Shown here: positions 54,637 through 63,891 of the stretch, one piece after another
Position numbering within the stretch: position 1 is the stretch's first letter
How the letters are laid out: every line of letters starts with the position of its first letter
DNA from: Clostridia bacterium
GTDB taxonomy: Bacteria; Bacillota; Clostridia; Christensenellales; CAG-138
Reading direction: 5' to 3'
NCBI GenBank assembly: GCA_035561095.1
Contig: DATMYE010000042.1
Coordinates: 79,994 to 143,993 of the forward strand
Length of the DNA: 64,000 bases
Made by a program: the position numbers and the translations under genes
Notes under the pieces: model-generated
Told to the model about the DNA's origin: nothing
The model's database searches: none
The model's input: only the letters and a program-made list of their open reading frames with translations

Positions 54637-56937
54637 TCAGTCTCCGGCCTTGATGATTTCGTCCAGCAAATCGTCCAGCGAGATATCGTCGCTGCTTGCC
54701 GATTGCCCCATATAGCGCGAAACGGTCGGAATATCCCCCATGTCGGGTTCGGGTTCCGGCTCCCATTCGCGGATTTCGCCGTACTCGTTGTATTTGCGCT
54801 TATTCGGTGCGGGTTCCGGCTCTTCCTCTTCCTCCGGCTCCTGTACCGCGACGATGGAAGCCCCCTCCGCCTGCGGCTCATACTCGCTCACGTTCGGCGT
54901 ATATGCCCAGGCTTCTGCGGAATACGGCTCCGGCGCGGTCGCGGGCGCAATCTCCGGCGTGCGGGGCATGCTCGGCGCAAACACGTCGATCTGGGAGAGC
55001 ATATCGTCGATGGTCTCCTGCGTGCCCGCCTCGGCGGCTTTGGGCGCGGTTGTCTTTTCTTCTACGGGTGCGCCGGCTGCCGGTGTAAAGGTCGGCTCGT
55101 AGGCGTTGACGTCTGCAAAGAGTGCCCCTTCCGCCTGCGGTTCGTGGTCGCTGGCCAGCGCGCTCTGTTCCCAGGCCGTCTGCGAATACGGTTCCACGGC
55201 TGCAGCAGGTTCGCCCTTGCCGAGCAGATTGAGGTAATCGTCAAAAGCGTGCTCCGCCTCGCTCGCGGAGACGGGCGCGTTGATCTCAAATATGCCGTGC
55301 GCGGTCGGTACAAACTGTCCCGCAGCGGCAGCCGAAGCTGGCACAAAGTCCGGCAGGCTCGCGTTCACGTTGTCAAACAGCGTGCCTTCCGCCTGCGGCT
55401 CGAGGTCGCTCATCATGCTGCTGTGCACCCATGCCTTCTCCGAATACGGACTCGGCGCGGCAGCGGGCGCAGCATCCGGCGCTTTCGGCATCGTCGGCGC
55501 GTAGACGTCGATCTGGTCAAAGTAATCGTCCAACGCGTCAGACATCTCGCCCGGCGAGAGCTGCTTGCTGACGGCGGCGGGCTTGGGTTCGGGTTGCGTC
55601 GCTTCCAACGGGGCTGGCGCGGCTGCAATCGCCTCCGCTGCCTGCTCTGCCTCCGCGTTCACGTCGGCAAAGAGCGTTCCCTCCGCCTGCGGCTCCAGAT
55701 CGCTCATGACATCGCTCTGTGCCCAGAGCTGCTCGGAATACGGTTCCGGCATAGCGGCGGGAGCCGCCACTTCGGGAGCCGCGCCCTGCGGGCCTTCGGC
55801 CTGCTCGGGCGGCACTTCGTCCTGCGCCTTCTTTCCGCTGGGCTCAAATGCCGTGTCAAAATATTCGTCCACCGTGCGCACGGTCTCGGCAAGCGGCTGG
55901 TCGCCCATTCGGGCTGCAACCACTGCGCTGCCGAGGGGTATCGCAACCGCAGGTGCCGCCGTCTGCTGATCGGTGACGAGCTCGTCAAACACGCTCTGCG
56001 TCTCCTCCTGCGAGACGGCGCAGGCATCCTGTTGGATTGTATAGTCGCTCTGGACATAGTCCGGGTCAAACACGCGCGTAAACTCCGCCTGCGGCTCGCT
56101 CTCGCTGCGCAGCGCGTCGTTTGCCCATGCAGCAGCCGAAAACGGTTCGTTCATCCTGCGCTCGTCCGCGCCGCTGCCGTCCTCCATCGGGAAAGCGGGC
56201 TTTTCTTCCGTGCTCTCGATGGTGGCTTTGGCGGGCTCTGCAGAAAAGGCAGTGCTCTCCGCGTGTTCCATGTTCTCCAGCCGGTCTTCCGGCAGCGGAC
56301 GGTTTTGCATGCGGTAGATGTTTTGCATCAATACTGCGGGGTTCTCGCTCGAATCCGGCAAGCCGGGCTCGTTCATCTCGCCGACGGATTTATAGAATGC
56401 GTCGCCGTCCAGCCGCGATTCAGAGCGGTCGATCTTGCGGTTTTTCACAAACTCGGCAAAGCGCGCCGCTGTAATCTCCAGCTCGCTTGCGTTCTGCTCC
56501 AGCATGGCGTTGAACGACTCGACCATCTCTTCGTATTCGCGCTTGATGATCTGCGCGTCCTTAAACATCCGCTCGCTGTCCGCGCGGATATCCGCGGTCA
56601 TTTCGTTTCCTTTGCGCTCCGCCTCTTCCTTGAGCGTGGTGGCGGTCAAAATCGCTTTTGCGAGCAGTGCCTCCGCCTCATCGGCCGCGCTCTTGCGGAT
56701 TTTCTCCGCCTCCGCGCGCACGGCATCTGCCTCCGCGATGATCTGCGCGCCTTCGGCTTTCGCCTGTTCCAGCGCTTTTGCCGCGTTTTCCTTCGCGGCG
56801 GTCAGCGTGTTAAAAATCGACTGCTCGCGCACACGGTAGCCTTCGACCAGTTGGTCGAGGGTATCGATGCGCGTCTCCAGCAGCGCGATCCGCTCAAAGC
56901 GTTCTTCCAGGAGGAGTTTCATCTCTCTGCGTTTCAT
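54637..56937 (-). CDS. DivIVA-like coiled-coil protein with a long acidic C-terminal region of five repeat modules
   Basis: The N-terminal ~170 aa match the DivIVA coiled-coil pattern ([39 protein letters not shown]...). The rest is Asp/Glu/Pro/Ala-rich with five PYSxxAW...EPQAEGxLF modules. The ATG overlaps the ruvB stop (ATGA). Confidence 0.8.
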   Translation of the reverse strand: MKRREMKLLLEERFERIALLETRIDTLDQLVEGYRVREQSIFNTLTAAKENAAKALEQAKAEGAQIIAEADAVRAEAEKIRKSAADEAEALLAKAILTATTLKEEAERKGNEMTADIRADSERMFKDAQIIKREYEEMVESFNAMLEQNASELEITAARFAEFVKNRKIDRSESRLDGDAFYKSVGEMNEPGLPDSSENPAVLMQNIYRMQNRPLPEDRLENMEHAESTAFSAEPAKATIESTEEKPAFPMEDGSGADERRMNEPFSAAAWANDALRSESEPQAEFTRVFDPDYVQSDYTIQQDACAVSQEETQSVFDELVTDQQTAAPAVAIPLGSAVVAARMGDQPLAETVRTVDEYFDTAFEPSGKKAQDEVPPEQAEGPQGAAPEVAAPAAMPEPYSEQLWAQSDVMSDLEPQAEGTLFADVNAEAEQAAEAIAAAPAPLEATQPEPKPAAVSKQLSPGEMSDALDDYFDQIDVYAPTMPKAPDAAPAAAPSPYSEKAWVHSSMMSDLEPQAEGTLFDNVNASLPDFVPASAAAAGQFVPTAHGIFEINAPVSASEAEHAFDDYLNLLGKGEPAAAVEPYSQTAWEQSALASDHEPQAEGALFADVNAYEPTFTPAAGAPVEEKTTAPKAAEAGTQETIDDMLSQIDVFAPSMPRTPEIAPATAPEPYSAEAWAYTPNVSEYEPQAEGASIVAVQEPEEEEEPEPAPNKRKYNEYGEIREWEPEPEPDMGDIPTVSRYMGQSASSDDISLDDLLDEIIKAGD

Positions 56938-57959
56938 TCTTCAACCTCCAGTTTCAACTGCTGCGTGTCCGCCTGATATCCCATATGCACATAGCCCGCG
57001 GGCATCACGATGCGCCCGCGCGGTGTCCGCGCCAGAAAGCCAAGCCGTAGCAGATATGGTTCATATACGTCTTCGATCGTGGTTGCGTCCTCTCCGGTTG
57101 CCGCCGCGATGGTATCGAGGCCGACCGGACGCCCGCAGAATTTCACGATCATGGTTTGCAGCATGCGTCGATCCACCTCGTCCAACCCCAGCTCGTCCAC
57201 GCCGAGCATGTCGAGGCCTTCCTTGGCGGATTCAAGGTCGATGACGCCGTCCTTGCGCACCTCCGCGTAGTCGCGGATGCGCCGGAGCAGGCGGTTTGCC
57301 ACGCGCGGGGTTCCGCGCGCGCGGGAGCCGATCTCAACGGCTCCGTCTTCCGAGATTGCGATGCCGAGGATGCCCGCGCTGCGCACGATGATCTCCTGGA
57401 GTGATTCGGAATCATACATCGCGAGCTGTTCCTTGATGCCGAAGCGGTCGCGAAGCGGCGAGGTCAATAGCCCCATGCGCGTGGTCGCGCCGATGAGCGT
57501 GAACTTCGGCAAGTCGAGCCGGATGCTCCGCGCGGATGGGCCTTTGCCGATGATGATATCGAGCGCGTAATCCTCCATCGCGGGATACAGCACCTCTTCC
57601 ACATTCGCGTTGAGGCGGTGGATTTCGTCGATGAACAGCACGTCTCCAGGGGACAGGTTGGTCAGCAGCGCCGCAAGATCGCCCGCATGGGTGATCGCAG
57701 GACCGCTGGTGACGCGGAGAGACACTCCCATCTCGTTTGCGACGATGCCCGCAAGCGTCGTCTTGCCGAGTCCCGGCGGGCCGTAAAACAGCGCGTGATC
57801 GAGCGGTTCGCTCCGCTTGAGCGCCGCGTCGATATAGATGCGCATGTGATCCTTCACCGCGTACTGTCCGATGTATTCGGAGAGCGTGCGCGGGCGAAGG
57901 GAATATTCTGTTTTCGCTTCGTCCTCGCGCATCGAGGAGCTGATCAGGCGTTCGTCCAT
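56934..57959 (-). CDS. ruvB: Holliday junction branch migration DNA helicase RuvB
   Basis: Motifs: [12 protein letters not shown], Walker [10 protein letters not shown], Walker [10 protein letters not shown], and [17 protein letters not shown]. Confidence 0.96.
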   Translation of the reverse strand: MDERLISSSMREDEAKTEYSLRPRTLSEYIGQYAVKDHMRIYIDAALKRSEPLDHALFYGPPGLGKTTLAGIVANEMGVSLRVTSGPAITHAGDLAALLTNLSPGDVLFIDEIHRLNANVEEVLYPAMEDYALDIIIGKGPSARSIRLDLPKFTLIGATTRMGLLTSPLRDRFGIKEQLAMYDSESLQEIIVRSAGILGIAISEDGAVEIGSRARGTPRVANRLLRRIRDYAEVRKDGVIDLESAKEGLDMLGVDELGLDEVDRRMLQTMIVKFCGRPVGLDTIAAATGEDATTIEDVYEPYLLRLGFLARTPRGRIVMPAGYVHMGYQADTQQLKLEVEE

Positions 57960-57999
57960 GCTGTTCCTTATCTATGTTCCGGCCGAATCGTCGGCAGAT

Positions 58000-58578
58000 T
58001 TATTTCGCCATCCTGCGCAGCGCCGCGGTGATGAGTGCTTCCACGCTCTCCGCCTTCTCGATCGCCGCAACCGCCTTGCCCGCAGCAAGCCCGTCATAGC
58101 CCAGCGACACGAGCGCTGCGACCGCCTCAGAGCGGATATCCGGCGCGTCTGTGTTTGCGCTTCCTCCCAGCATCTCGCTGGCCTCCACGCGTTCCTTAAG
58201 CTCCAGAAGCACCCGTTGCGCGGTCTTTCTGCCCATGCCGCTGACACGGTCAAATGCCGCGGCGTTGTTGGTCACAATCGCTCCTGCAACGTCGCTCGGC
58301 GTGAGCACCGAGAGCACCGAGAGCGCGAGCTTCGGGCCAACGCGCGTCACGGTCAAGAGCCTGCGAAACATGTCCTTCTCCTCCGGCTCGTAAAAGCCGT
58401 AGAGCGCCATGATGCCTTCCGCAAGGTGCAGGTGGGTATAGAGCCGCTCCTTCTGCCCCGCGCGGAGGCGTTTGAGCGTCATCGCGCTGCAGAAGAGTTC
58501 GTATCCAACGCCGCCCGCTTCCAGCACAGCGCGGTCGGTCAAAAGTTCGTCGACGATTCCGGTGATGTATGCGTACAA
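58000..58578 (-). CDS. ruvA: Holliday junction DNA helicase subunit RuvA
   Basis: TTG start after GGAGGAAC. (M)YAYITGIV...GGVGYEL... and the HhH motifs (VTRVGPKLALSVLS, VSGMGRKTAQRVLLEL) are present. Confidence 0.93.
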   Translation of the reverse strand: MYAYITGIVDELLTDRAVLEAGGVGYELFCSAMTLKRLRAGQKERLYTHLHLAEGIMALYGFYEPEEKDMFRRLLTVTRVGPKLALSVLSVLTPSDVAGAIVTNNAAAFDRVSGMGRKTAQRVLLELKERVEASEMLGGSANTDAPDIRSEAVAALVSLGYDGLAAGKAVAAIEKAESVEALITAALRRMAK

Positions 58579-58599
58579 GGAATGTTCCTCCGTGTTCGT

Positions 58600-59100
58600 T
58601 TATCGGATGCGGTATTCTTCCGCCGCGGGGCCGATCGTACAACCGTGGCAGATGGCGGCAGCCAGGGCGTCCGCCGCGTCGTCCGGCTTTGGCACACTCT
58701 TGAGCGAGAGCAGGAGCTTGACCATGCTCTGCACGGCGCGCTTGTCCGCGTGCCCGTTTCCCGTGACCGCGAGCTTGATCTGCATCGGCGTGTATTCATA
58801 CAGCGGAATATTTGCCCGCTGCGCCGCGAGGATCGCGACGCCTCTGCCCGCGCCGACCGCAAGCGCCGTCGTGGTGTTGCGGTAGAAGAACAGCTCCTCA
58901 AACACCGCCATGTCGGGATGAAACTGCTCGATCAGCGCGCAGGTGCCGTCATAGAGGCGGTTGAGCCGCTCCGGCAGGCGCTCATCCGGCGTGGTCTCGA
59001 TCACACCATAATCGACAGGCGAAAGTTTCGTTCCCGTCACGTCCACGACGCCATAGCCAAGTATGGCATATCCTGGGTCGATTCCGAGAATTCTCATCAC
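58600..59100 (-). CDS. ruvC: Crossover junction endodeoxyribonuclease RuvC
   Basis: RILGIDPGYAILGYGV...(E)ELFF...DAADALAAAICH carries the RuvC catalytic acidic-residue pattern. Confidence 0.93.
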   Translation of the reverse strand: MMRILGIDPGYAILGYGVVDVTGTKLSPVDYGVIETTPDERLPERLNRLYDGTCALIEQFHPDMAVFEELFFYRNTTTALAVGAGRGVAILAAQRANIPLYEYTPMQIKLAVTGNGHADKRAVQSMVKLLLSLKSVPKPDDAADALAAAICHGCTIGPAAEEYRIR

Positions 59101-59256
59101 TGCACCTGCCTGCGTATAGTCATCTTATTTTAGCATGATCACGGGCGGGTGTAAATGAACGCCTACTGCTGTGGGATAGTTTCACTGTCCGTTCATATCT
59201 GTTTGTCTACCCGTATCGTAGCCCATGGCAGCACAAACCGTCTGTGCAAAAGCAAC

Positions 59257-59288
59257 GAAAAACAGCCGCGCGGAAACTGCAGCGGCTG
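59257..59288 (-). terminator. Terminator after the CotH gene
   Basis: The minus strand reads CAGCCGC-N12-GCGGCTG followed by TTTTT. Confidence 0.5.
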
Positions 59289-59304
59289 CTTTGATCAGGT
59301 TGTG

Positions 59305-62300
59305 TTATTGCTTGTATTTTGCGATCAGCTCGTCGAGCCTTGCCTGCGAGATGCCGAAGTATTTGCGCATGTTTTCCAGCGCATACTGCGGGCGCTCCTG
59401 CACAAAATACCGCAGCTGACTGACGGAGTCTTCCCATTCGCTCATGCTGTCCGGCTTGCCCCAGCGCGCAATCTGGCGCGGCATCTCCGGGCGGATGGCG
59501 GCGACCATCTCATCCAGCAGCGCGGTCGCGCGGTTCGAGTTGAAGTACTTTTCCACCACCTCGACATACCGCTCGACGCAGTAGTCCCGCCACGCTGCGT
59601 TTTCCTTGAGCCCGATATAGATTTCGAAATACGTCAGCGTTTTATCCGCGGAAGGTACGCCGTTTACGTTGAAATACTGCCCGATCATGTCGCGCTGCGC
59701 GGTTTTGAACGCAAAATCGAGGTCAAAGAACACAGGGCGCCATTTGATCGCGTAGTCGGTCGTGCGCCAGTACTTCTGGTTAAACATATCGCTGTTGCAG
59801 ATGTAAGTCTGCGCGATGAAATAGTCCGTGAAGTAGTCCACGTCGATCCACTGCTTGAACTCTTCAAACACCGCGTCGTCGCTGAGGTTTTCACTCTCGG
59901 CAAACTGGCGCACGCGCTTGATGTCCTTGCTGCTGCCCTTGATGGGAGTCTGGTTTCTGCGGATAAACTCGACAAGGTCGCCGTTGACGCCGTAGTGCGT
60001 CTCCAGGAATTCGCCGTTCTGATCTTCGTTGAGGTCGTACAGGCCGTTGTAAACGCCGTTGATGTAGACCACGACCGGGCGGGTTGCGGAGTTGTCGAGA
60101 TACATGCCCTCGACAAGCCTGCTCGTAAACGAGTCGCGGATGCGTGCCGCGCTCCAGTCCTGCCCGCCGTTTCGCACGACGAGTGCGGAGAACGTGTTGA
60201 AATCGTACCCAGGCCAGAACGGATAGGTCACGCTGCTCTGGCCGTAGCCGGAGCGGAGGTTGATGCTCAGCGACTTTTGCGCGTAGACGACCGTGCCTGC
60301 GCCCTTGGGCTTGATGCCCGCCGGGAACGACACGCCGAGCGAGCCATCCGCCTCGTAGAAGGAGATGTATGCAAGGCGCTCGACCTTTTCGTCCTTGTCG
60401 TTGACGCGCATCACCTCATGGATACGGTCGGGATTGCCGACAATGCAAATCACCGGAACGGTGTGCTTTTCCTCAAAGAGATACGTCGCGGAGGTGATCT
60501 CGCTCTGCCGCTTGCCGCTGACATAGGAGATCGCGCGGAGCGGTGTATTGCTGCTGATCTCGACCGGCGCCGTATAGCGCGTCGAGTCCATCGAGGGCTC
60601 GTCGCCGTCCGTGGTGTAGTAGATCTCGGCATTGGGGTCATCGCAGGAGATCGTCACGGAAAACGCGCTGCTGTGATAGAGCGAAAGGTCGGAAAACGCG
60701 GGCTGCGAGGCAACGCCGGTGGTGATGTCCGTGTCGTTCGCCTCTCCGCGCGTGGCGTTTTCGAAAAAAACGCGCGCAATCGTCGTGTCGTTTTCCAGTC
60801 TGCCGCTCGTGATTCCCGGCGCGAGCGCACCGGAGTCAAACGCGTCGACCAGCGTTCCCTCCGCATTTTTGAGCAGGAAGGTTTCGCCGGAGGCGTTGAT
60901 GGAAAACGGCGCGATGCCCGCGCCCTGTTTGACGGACGAGTTTGTGCACTCCAGCACGAGATAGCCGCCCGCCTCGATGGTTTCGCCGGCGAAGGTATAG
61001 GCCGTGGTCGCGTTCCTGCCGTCGGCGAGTGTCCAGCCGGTCAGATCGACGGTTTGGTCGGAGCCGTTGTGCAGCTCGATCCAGTCGTTTTCCCCGCTCT
61101 TGATCTCATTGGTTGCGGAAACCTCGCTGATAAAAACGCCCAGATTGTCGAAACAGCCGATCTGGTCGGCTGTTTCAAATCCGTGCACGTTGTCGCTGCC
61201 GGGTGTCGGCGTCGCGTAATATCGAATGTTTCTCTCGCTGTCGAGACCGATCGAGATGTTCTCCCGTGTGATGTTTGCAAGCGACATGCTCTCGGTTCGC
61301 ATCCCGCTCAGCGTTGTGAAGAAGAGCTCCGTCTCGTCATCCGCAAGCGAGAAGTTTGCGTGGAGTTCCCCGCTCGTGCGGTCCTTGCCGGAGAGGAAGA
61401 TCACCTTACATTCGCCCGGCTGGAGCGTCACATCCGGCAGCGCCCATTTGTAAAGGTCGTCCGGATCATCGGAGAGGAAGTAGCCGAGCAGCGTCTGCGC
61501 TTCGTTCGAGAAGTTTTTGAGTTCGACCCATTCTTCGCGGTCGCCGTCGGCGTCGATGGCGGAGAGCGTGTTGTATTTGAGCACCTCGTTGATGTGCACC
61601 GGATCGCTCTGATCCATCACCGTCATCTCAAGCGAGGTAAAGGTAAGTTCGCTGTTTGCGGCTTCAAATGTCGGGTATGCGGTGTAAACCACGGCTCCCG
61701 TCGCATCCTTGACCACCGATACGCCGCCGGGTACGCCTGCCTGCCAGCTCACGCGGTCGATCAGGTTGCCCTGCAGGTCGGAGAGCAGAACCGTCGTGTC
61801 CTCGCTGCTGAGGCGGAACGGCGCATGCGTGCCGTTGGTGCCGTCGCTGCCGAGGCCGGAAAGATAGATGCACGCGTAGCCCTTTGCGGGCACGGTGCCG
61901 GAAGAGATCTGCCACTTGAGCGCGTTGGTCTCGTCGTCCGAGAGGCAGTAGTTTTCGAGGCGGATGGCGCTGTCGCTGTTGTTGTAGAGCTCGACCCAGC
62001 GGTAGCCCGTTGCATCGTCGGTCGGCATCACTTCGCTGATGGACAGCGCGTTGAGGTTTTGCGAGGCAAACACGCCGGAGAGCGTCATATAGATCTCGCC
62101 GGTGTTCTCCGCGCCGGGCGTGGGAACGCCGCTGTACCCAAACGTGCCGTCGACTGCCCGCGCGTAGGAAACATCGGTGTACAGCACCGGAATCTCCATC
62201 TGCGCCACAAGGCCGAAATATGCATCCGTAATGAAGAGATAGTCGCCGCTCTTGCTCAGGCCAAAATTCGTGATATACGGGCTAGATGTATCCTCGCTCG

Positions 62301-62625
62301 AACTCATCGCGTACAGCACAAGGTATTCCCCCGCGCCAAGGACGGTGCCTTCGGGCACGACATACTTGTGCAGATCCCGCATGTTGTCCGAGATGCCATA
62401 GCCGGAGATGTCCAGCGGTGTCGAGCCGGAGTTGTAGAGCTCGATCCAGTCCGGCGTGCCGAGATTTTCGTCCACCAGAGAACGCTTATTGCTGGAGACA
62501 ACCTCATTGACCACCAGCGCGCTGCTGTTTCCGGCGGGTGCTTCTGCGGTGCACGCAAAAAGCAGCGGCAGAAATGCCGCAACCAAAGCGATGATAATGA
62601 ATTTCTTTGTACTCGTAGACTTCAT
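59305..62625 (-). CDS. Large lipoprotein with four lamin-tail (LTD) domains and a C-terminal CotH kinase-family domain
   Basis: ORF track 59305..62667, with the start set at MKSTSTKKFIIIALVAAFLPLLFAC (lipobox). The LTD repeats are VNEV..DWIELYN, ISEV..RWVELYN, INEV..EWVELKN and ISEV..DWIELHN. The CotH region is KPKGAGT...NGGQDWSAARIRD...VYINGVYNGLYDL...ICNSDMFNQKYW. Confidence 0.88.
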   Translation of the reverse strand: MKSTSTKKFIIIALVAAFLPLLFACTAEAPAGNSSALVVNEVVSSNKRSLVDENLGTPDWIELYNSGSTPLDISGYGISDNMRDLHKYVVPEGTVLGAGEYLVLYAMSSSEDTSSPYITNFGLSKSGDYLFITDAYFGLVAQMEIPVLYTDVSYARAVDGTFGYSGVPTPGAENTGEIYMTLSGVFASQNLNALSISEVMPTDDATGYRWVELYNNSDSAIRLENYCLSDDETNALKWQISSGTVPAKGYACIYLSGLGSDGTNGTHAPFRLSSEDTTVLLSDLQGNLIDRVSWQAGVPGGVSVVKDATGAVVYTAYPTFEAANSELTFTSLEMTVMDQSDPVHINEVLKYNTLSAIDADGDREEWVELKNFSNEAQTLLGYFLSDDPDDLYKWALPDVTLQPGECKVIFLSGKDRTSGELHANFSLADDETELFFTTLSGMRTESMSLANITRENISIGLDSERNIRYYATPTPGSDNVHGFETADQIGCFDNLGVFISEVSATNEIKSGENDWIELHNGSDQTVDLTGWTLADGRNATTAYTFAGETIEAGGYLVLECTNSSVKQGAGIAPFSINASGETFLLKNAEGTLVDAFDSGALAPGITSGRLENDTTIARVFFENATRGEANDTDITTGVASQPAFSDLSLYHSSAFSVTISCDDPNAEIYYTTDGDEPSMDSTRYTAPVEISSNTPLRAISYVSGKRQSEITSATYLFEEKHTVPVICIVGNPDRIHEVMRVNDKDEKVERLAYISFYEADGSLGVSFPAGIKPKGAGTVVYAQKSLSINLRSGYGQSSVTYPFWPGYDFNTFSALVVRNGGQDWSAARIRDSFTSRLVEGMYLDNSATRPVVVYINGVYNGLYDLNEDQNGEFLETHYGVNGDLVEFIRRNQTPIKGSSKDIKRVRQFAESENLSDDAVFEEFKQWIDVDYFTDYFIAQTYICNSDMFNQKYWRTTDYAIKWRPVFFDLDFAFKTAQRDMIGQYFNVNGVPSADKTLTYFEIYIGLKENAAWRDYCVERYVEVVEKYFNSNRATALLDEMVAAIRPEMPRQIARWGKPDSMSEWEDSVSQLRYFVQERPQYALENMRKYFGISQARLDELIAKYKQ

Positions 62626-62652
62626 GCTTGCAAAAAACCTCACGTGGCAATT

Positions 62653-62681
62653 ATTATACCACAGCAAAACCTGTATTTGAA
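62653..62681 (-). promoter_or_regulatory. Candidate promoter of the CotH gene
   Basis: The minus strand reads TTCAAA (62681-62676), a 17-nt spacer, then TGG-TATAAT (extended -10; TATAAT at 62658-62653). Confidence 0.4.
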
Positions 62682-62718
62682 GAAAGCCGTTTTTATTGCG
62701 AAAAAAGTTACAATCTAG

Positions 62719-62752
62719 GAGAAAGGGTACTCCGTTAAGAGTACCCTTTCTC
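62719..62752. terminator. Perfect 12-bp hairpin downstream of the DUF3892 gene
   Basis: GAGAAAGGGTAC-N10-GTACCCTTTCTC. The flanks are only moderately T-rich. Confidence 0.45.
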
Positions 62753-62759
62753 TCGTTTC

Positions 62760-63038
62760 TTATTCTCGCGGTAAAGCGAGAAGGTTATCTGACTCAGTAT
62801 CATTCGGTTCTGACCGAACATACTTCTCGTTCTTCGAGCTCACTGCGGGGACAACATAAGGTTGCACTCCGCGATTTACTCTTATTGTGCCTGGATGGAG
62901 CTTTAGATAATCATGGATAGATTCCTTTGTTCGATAACTATTGAACCCATCCCCGATCAAGTAAACCGAGTTGATATCCAAACAGTTCTTGGAATTGCCA
63001 TACCCATAGTTCATCTTGATCTTCATAGCGTATATCAT
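62760..63038 (-). CDS. DUF3892-like small protein
   Basis: ORF track 62760..63095. ATG 63038 follows GGAGGG. The C-terminal pattern ...KYVRSEPNDTESDNLLALP resembles the DUF3892 signature (...YLRTxxDxxxxDNLLSLP). The segment is AT-rich. Confidence 0.6.
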   Translation of the reverse strand: MIYAMKIKMNYGYGNSKNCLDINSVYLIGDGFNSYRTKESIHDYLKLHPGTIRVNRGVQPYVVPAVSSKNEKYVRSEPNDTESDNLLALPRE

Positions 63039-63039
63039 T

Positions 63040-63213
63040 CTATTTCCCTCCACTATGTTTTGTCTTGTCAACAAGAGTGAACGTCGTTGCGCCACTCTTG
63101 GTCGGAGGTACTTTATTGTCCTTAACGAACGTTACCTCCGTCTTGCTTCCGGTTGGTCTGTACTGGCCTGAAACGGGCACAGTGCCCCCTGTTTTTACAA
63201 TTGTGTTTTTCAT
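63040..63213 (-). CDS. Small ORF (57 aa) not in the ORF track, YjzC-like
   Basis: Hand translation of the minus strand gives MKNTIVKTGGTVPVSGQYRPTGSKTEVTFVKDNKVPPTKSGATTFTLVDKTKHSGGK-stop. The RBS AAAGGTG precedes ATG 63213. The stop lies 1 nt before the ATG of the DUF3892 gene. The pattern G..P.SG.Y...G....V....G...PP resembles YjzC-family proteins from memory only. Confidence 0.5.
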   Translation of the reverse strand: MKNTIVKTGGTVPVSGQYRPTGSKTEVTFVKDNKVPPTKSGATTFTLVDKTKHSGGK

Positions 63214-63307
63214 GTCAAAAACACCTTTCTATAATATTTTTTATAGAAACAGTAATTCAGAGGGTTTTGCAGACCACACCTCCTGCGACAAAACCTAGCG
63301 GAATCAT

Positions 63308-63336
63308 TTGACAATTTGTAAACCATTAGATACAAT
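63308..63336 (+). promoter_or_regulatory. Near-consensus sigma-70 promoter with no protein gene downstream
   Basis: TTGACA (63308-63313), a 17-nt spacer, then TACAAT (63331-63336). Confidence 0.5.
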
Positions 63337-63342
63337 ATAAAT

Positions 63343-63424
63343 GGTCTTATGTAATCCAATAGGGTTACGATTATCCGCTTAGCTCTGCCAAATGTAGTGA
63401 TTTGGCAGGGCTTTCTCTTTTTTA
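63343..63424 (+). ncRNA. Candidate small RNA (~80 nt)
   Basis: It runs from the predicted TSS after the promoter above to an intrinsic terminator. The terminator is CTGCCAAA (63385-63392) paired with TTTGGCAG (63401-63408), then GGCTTTCTCTTTTTT. A 5' hairpin is GUAAUCC-AAUA-GGGUUAC (63351-63368). The only ORF inside is 13 codons with no RBS. Confidence 0.35.
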
Positions 63425-63442
63425 CTGGAATATGATTATTCT

Positions 63443-63847
63443 TTAAATCTCTTTTTGTACGTCAATAACTAATAAATTGCTCCCGCCTTTTGTGACACTA
63501 TATTTTTTGGTTTTATCGCCCATTTCTCCAAACAGCGCAATAATAAGATTCTTGGAGTTTATGTTTAAGCCCTCCGTAAATTCGCCTTTGTATCTCCGCC
63601 TTGTTAACGACAGTCCGTTTTCGCCCTTTTCGCTATTAAGAAACACTCCGATCCTGTTAATCTTATTGTTCTCGTCTTTTGCAACTTTGATTTCCACGTA
63701 TGGTAGCGAATAAACATCATCTACCAATGCGCACGCAGCTGGCGAAAGCGAGATTCTTGCTTCGCTTACAGTCGCTATTGCTTCTCCGTTTCTTCTCGTA
63801 TTCTGCTTTACGTCTACGGTTTCCCATAAGTAATCCATATTTGCCAC
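63443..63847 (-). CDS. Hypothetical protein (134 aa), no recognisable family
   Basis: ORF in an AT-rich segment. The RBS GAGAGGTGG precedes ATG 63847, with a promoter-like element upstream. Confidence 0.55.
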   Translation of the reverse strand: MANMDYLWETVDVKQNTRRNGEAIATVSEARISLSPAACALVDDVYSLPYVEIKVAKDENNKINRIGVFLNSEKGENGLSLTRRRYKGEFTEGLNINSKNLIIALFGEMGDKTKKYSVTKGGSNLLVIDVQKEI

Positions 63848-63862
63848 CTCTCTCTTGAAATC

Positions 63863-63891
63863 ATTTTAATTCCCGTTAGTCCAAAAGTCAA
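63863..63891 (-). promoter_or_regulatory. Candidate promoter of the 134-aa gene
   Basis: The minus strand reads TTGACT (63891-63886), a 17-nt spacer, then TAAAAT (63868-63863). Confidence 0.45.

Noticed and set aside
54800-56150. Regularly spaced ~14-nt repeats (CCGCCTGCGGCTC...) every ~260-400 bp, considered as a CRISPR-like or tandem non-coding array.
   Set aside because: The repeats are in frame within one uninterrupted 766-codon ORF and encode the EPQAEG peptide. Spacing is irregular, the units are too short for CRISPR repeats, and no cas genes are present.
59155-62718. 1187-aa plus-strand ORF. Similar long ORFs are 54568..56976 (802 aa), 8877..10610, 6847..8403, 13109..14551, 15039..16286, 4264..5583, 36993..38186, 47304..48482, 49647..50690, 51835..53145, 57871..59133, 26787..27890, 27464..28714 and 660..1517.
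   Set aside because: Each lies exactly antisense to a gene with clear family motifs. Their translations are Arg/His/Ala/Gly-rich with no recognisable domains and no RBS. They are typical shadow ORFs of GC-rich coding DNA.
63065-63298. 77-aa plus-strand ORF in the ORF track.
   Set aside because: It has no RBS and an odd composition. The opposite strand carries a 57-aa ORF with a good RBS that abuts the next gene, so the minus-strand reading is preferred.
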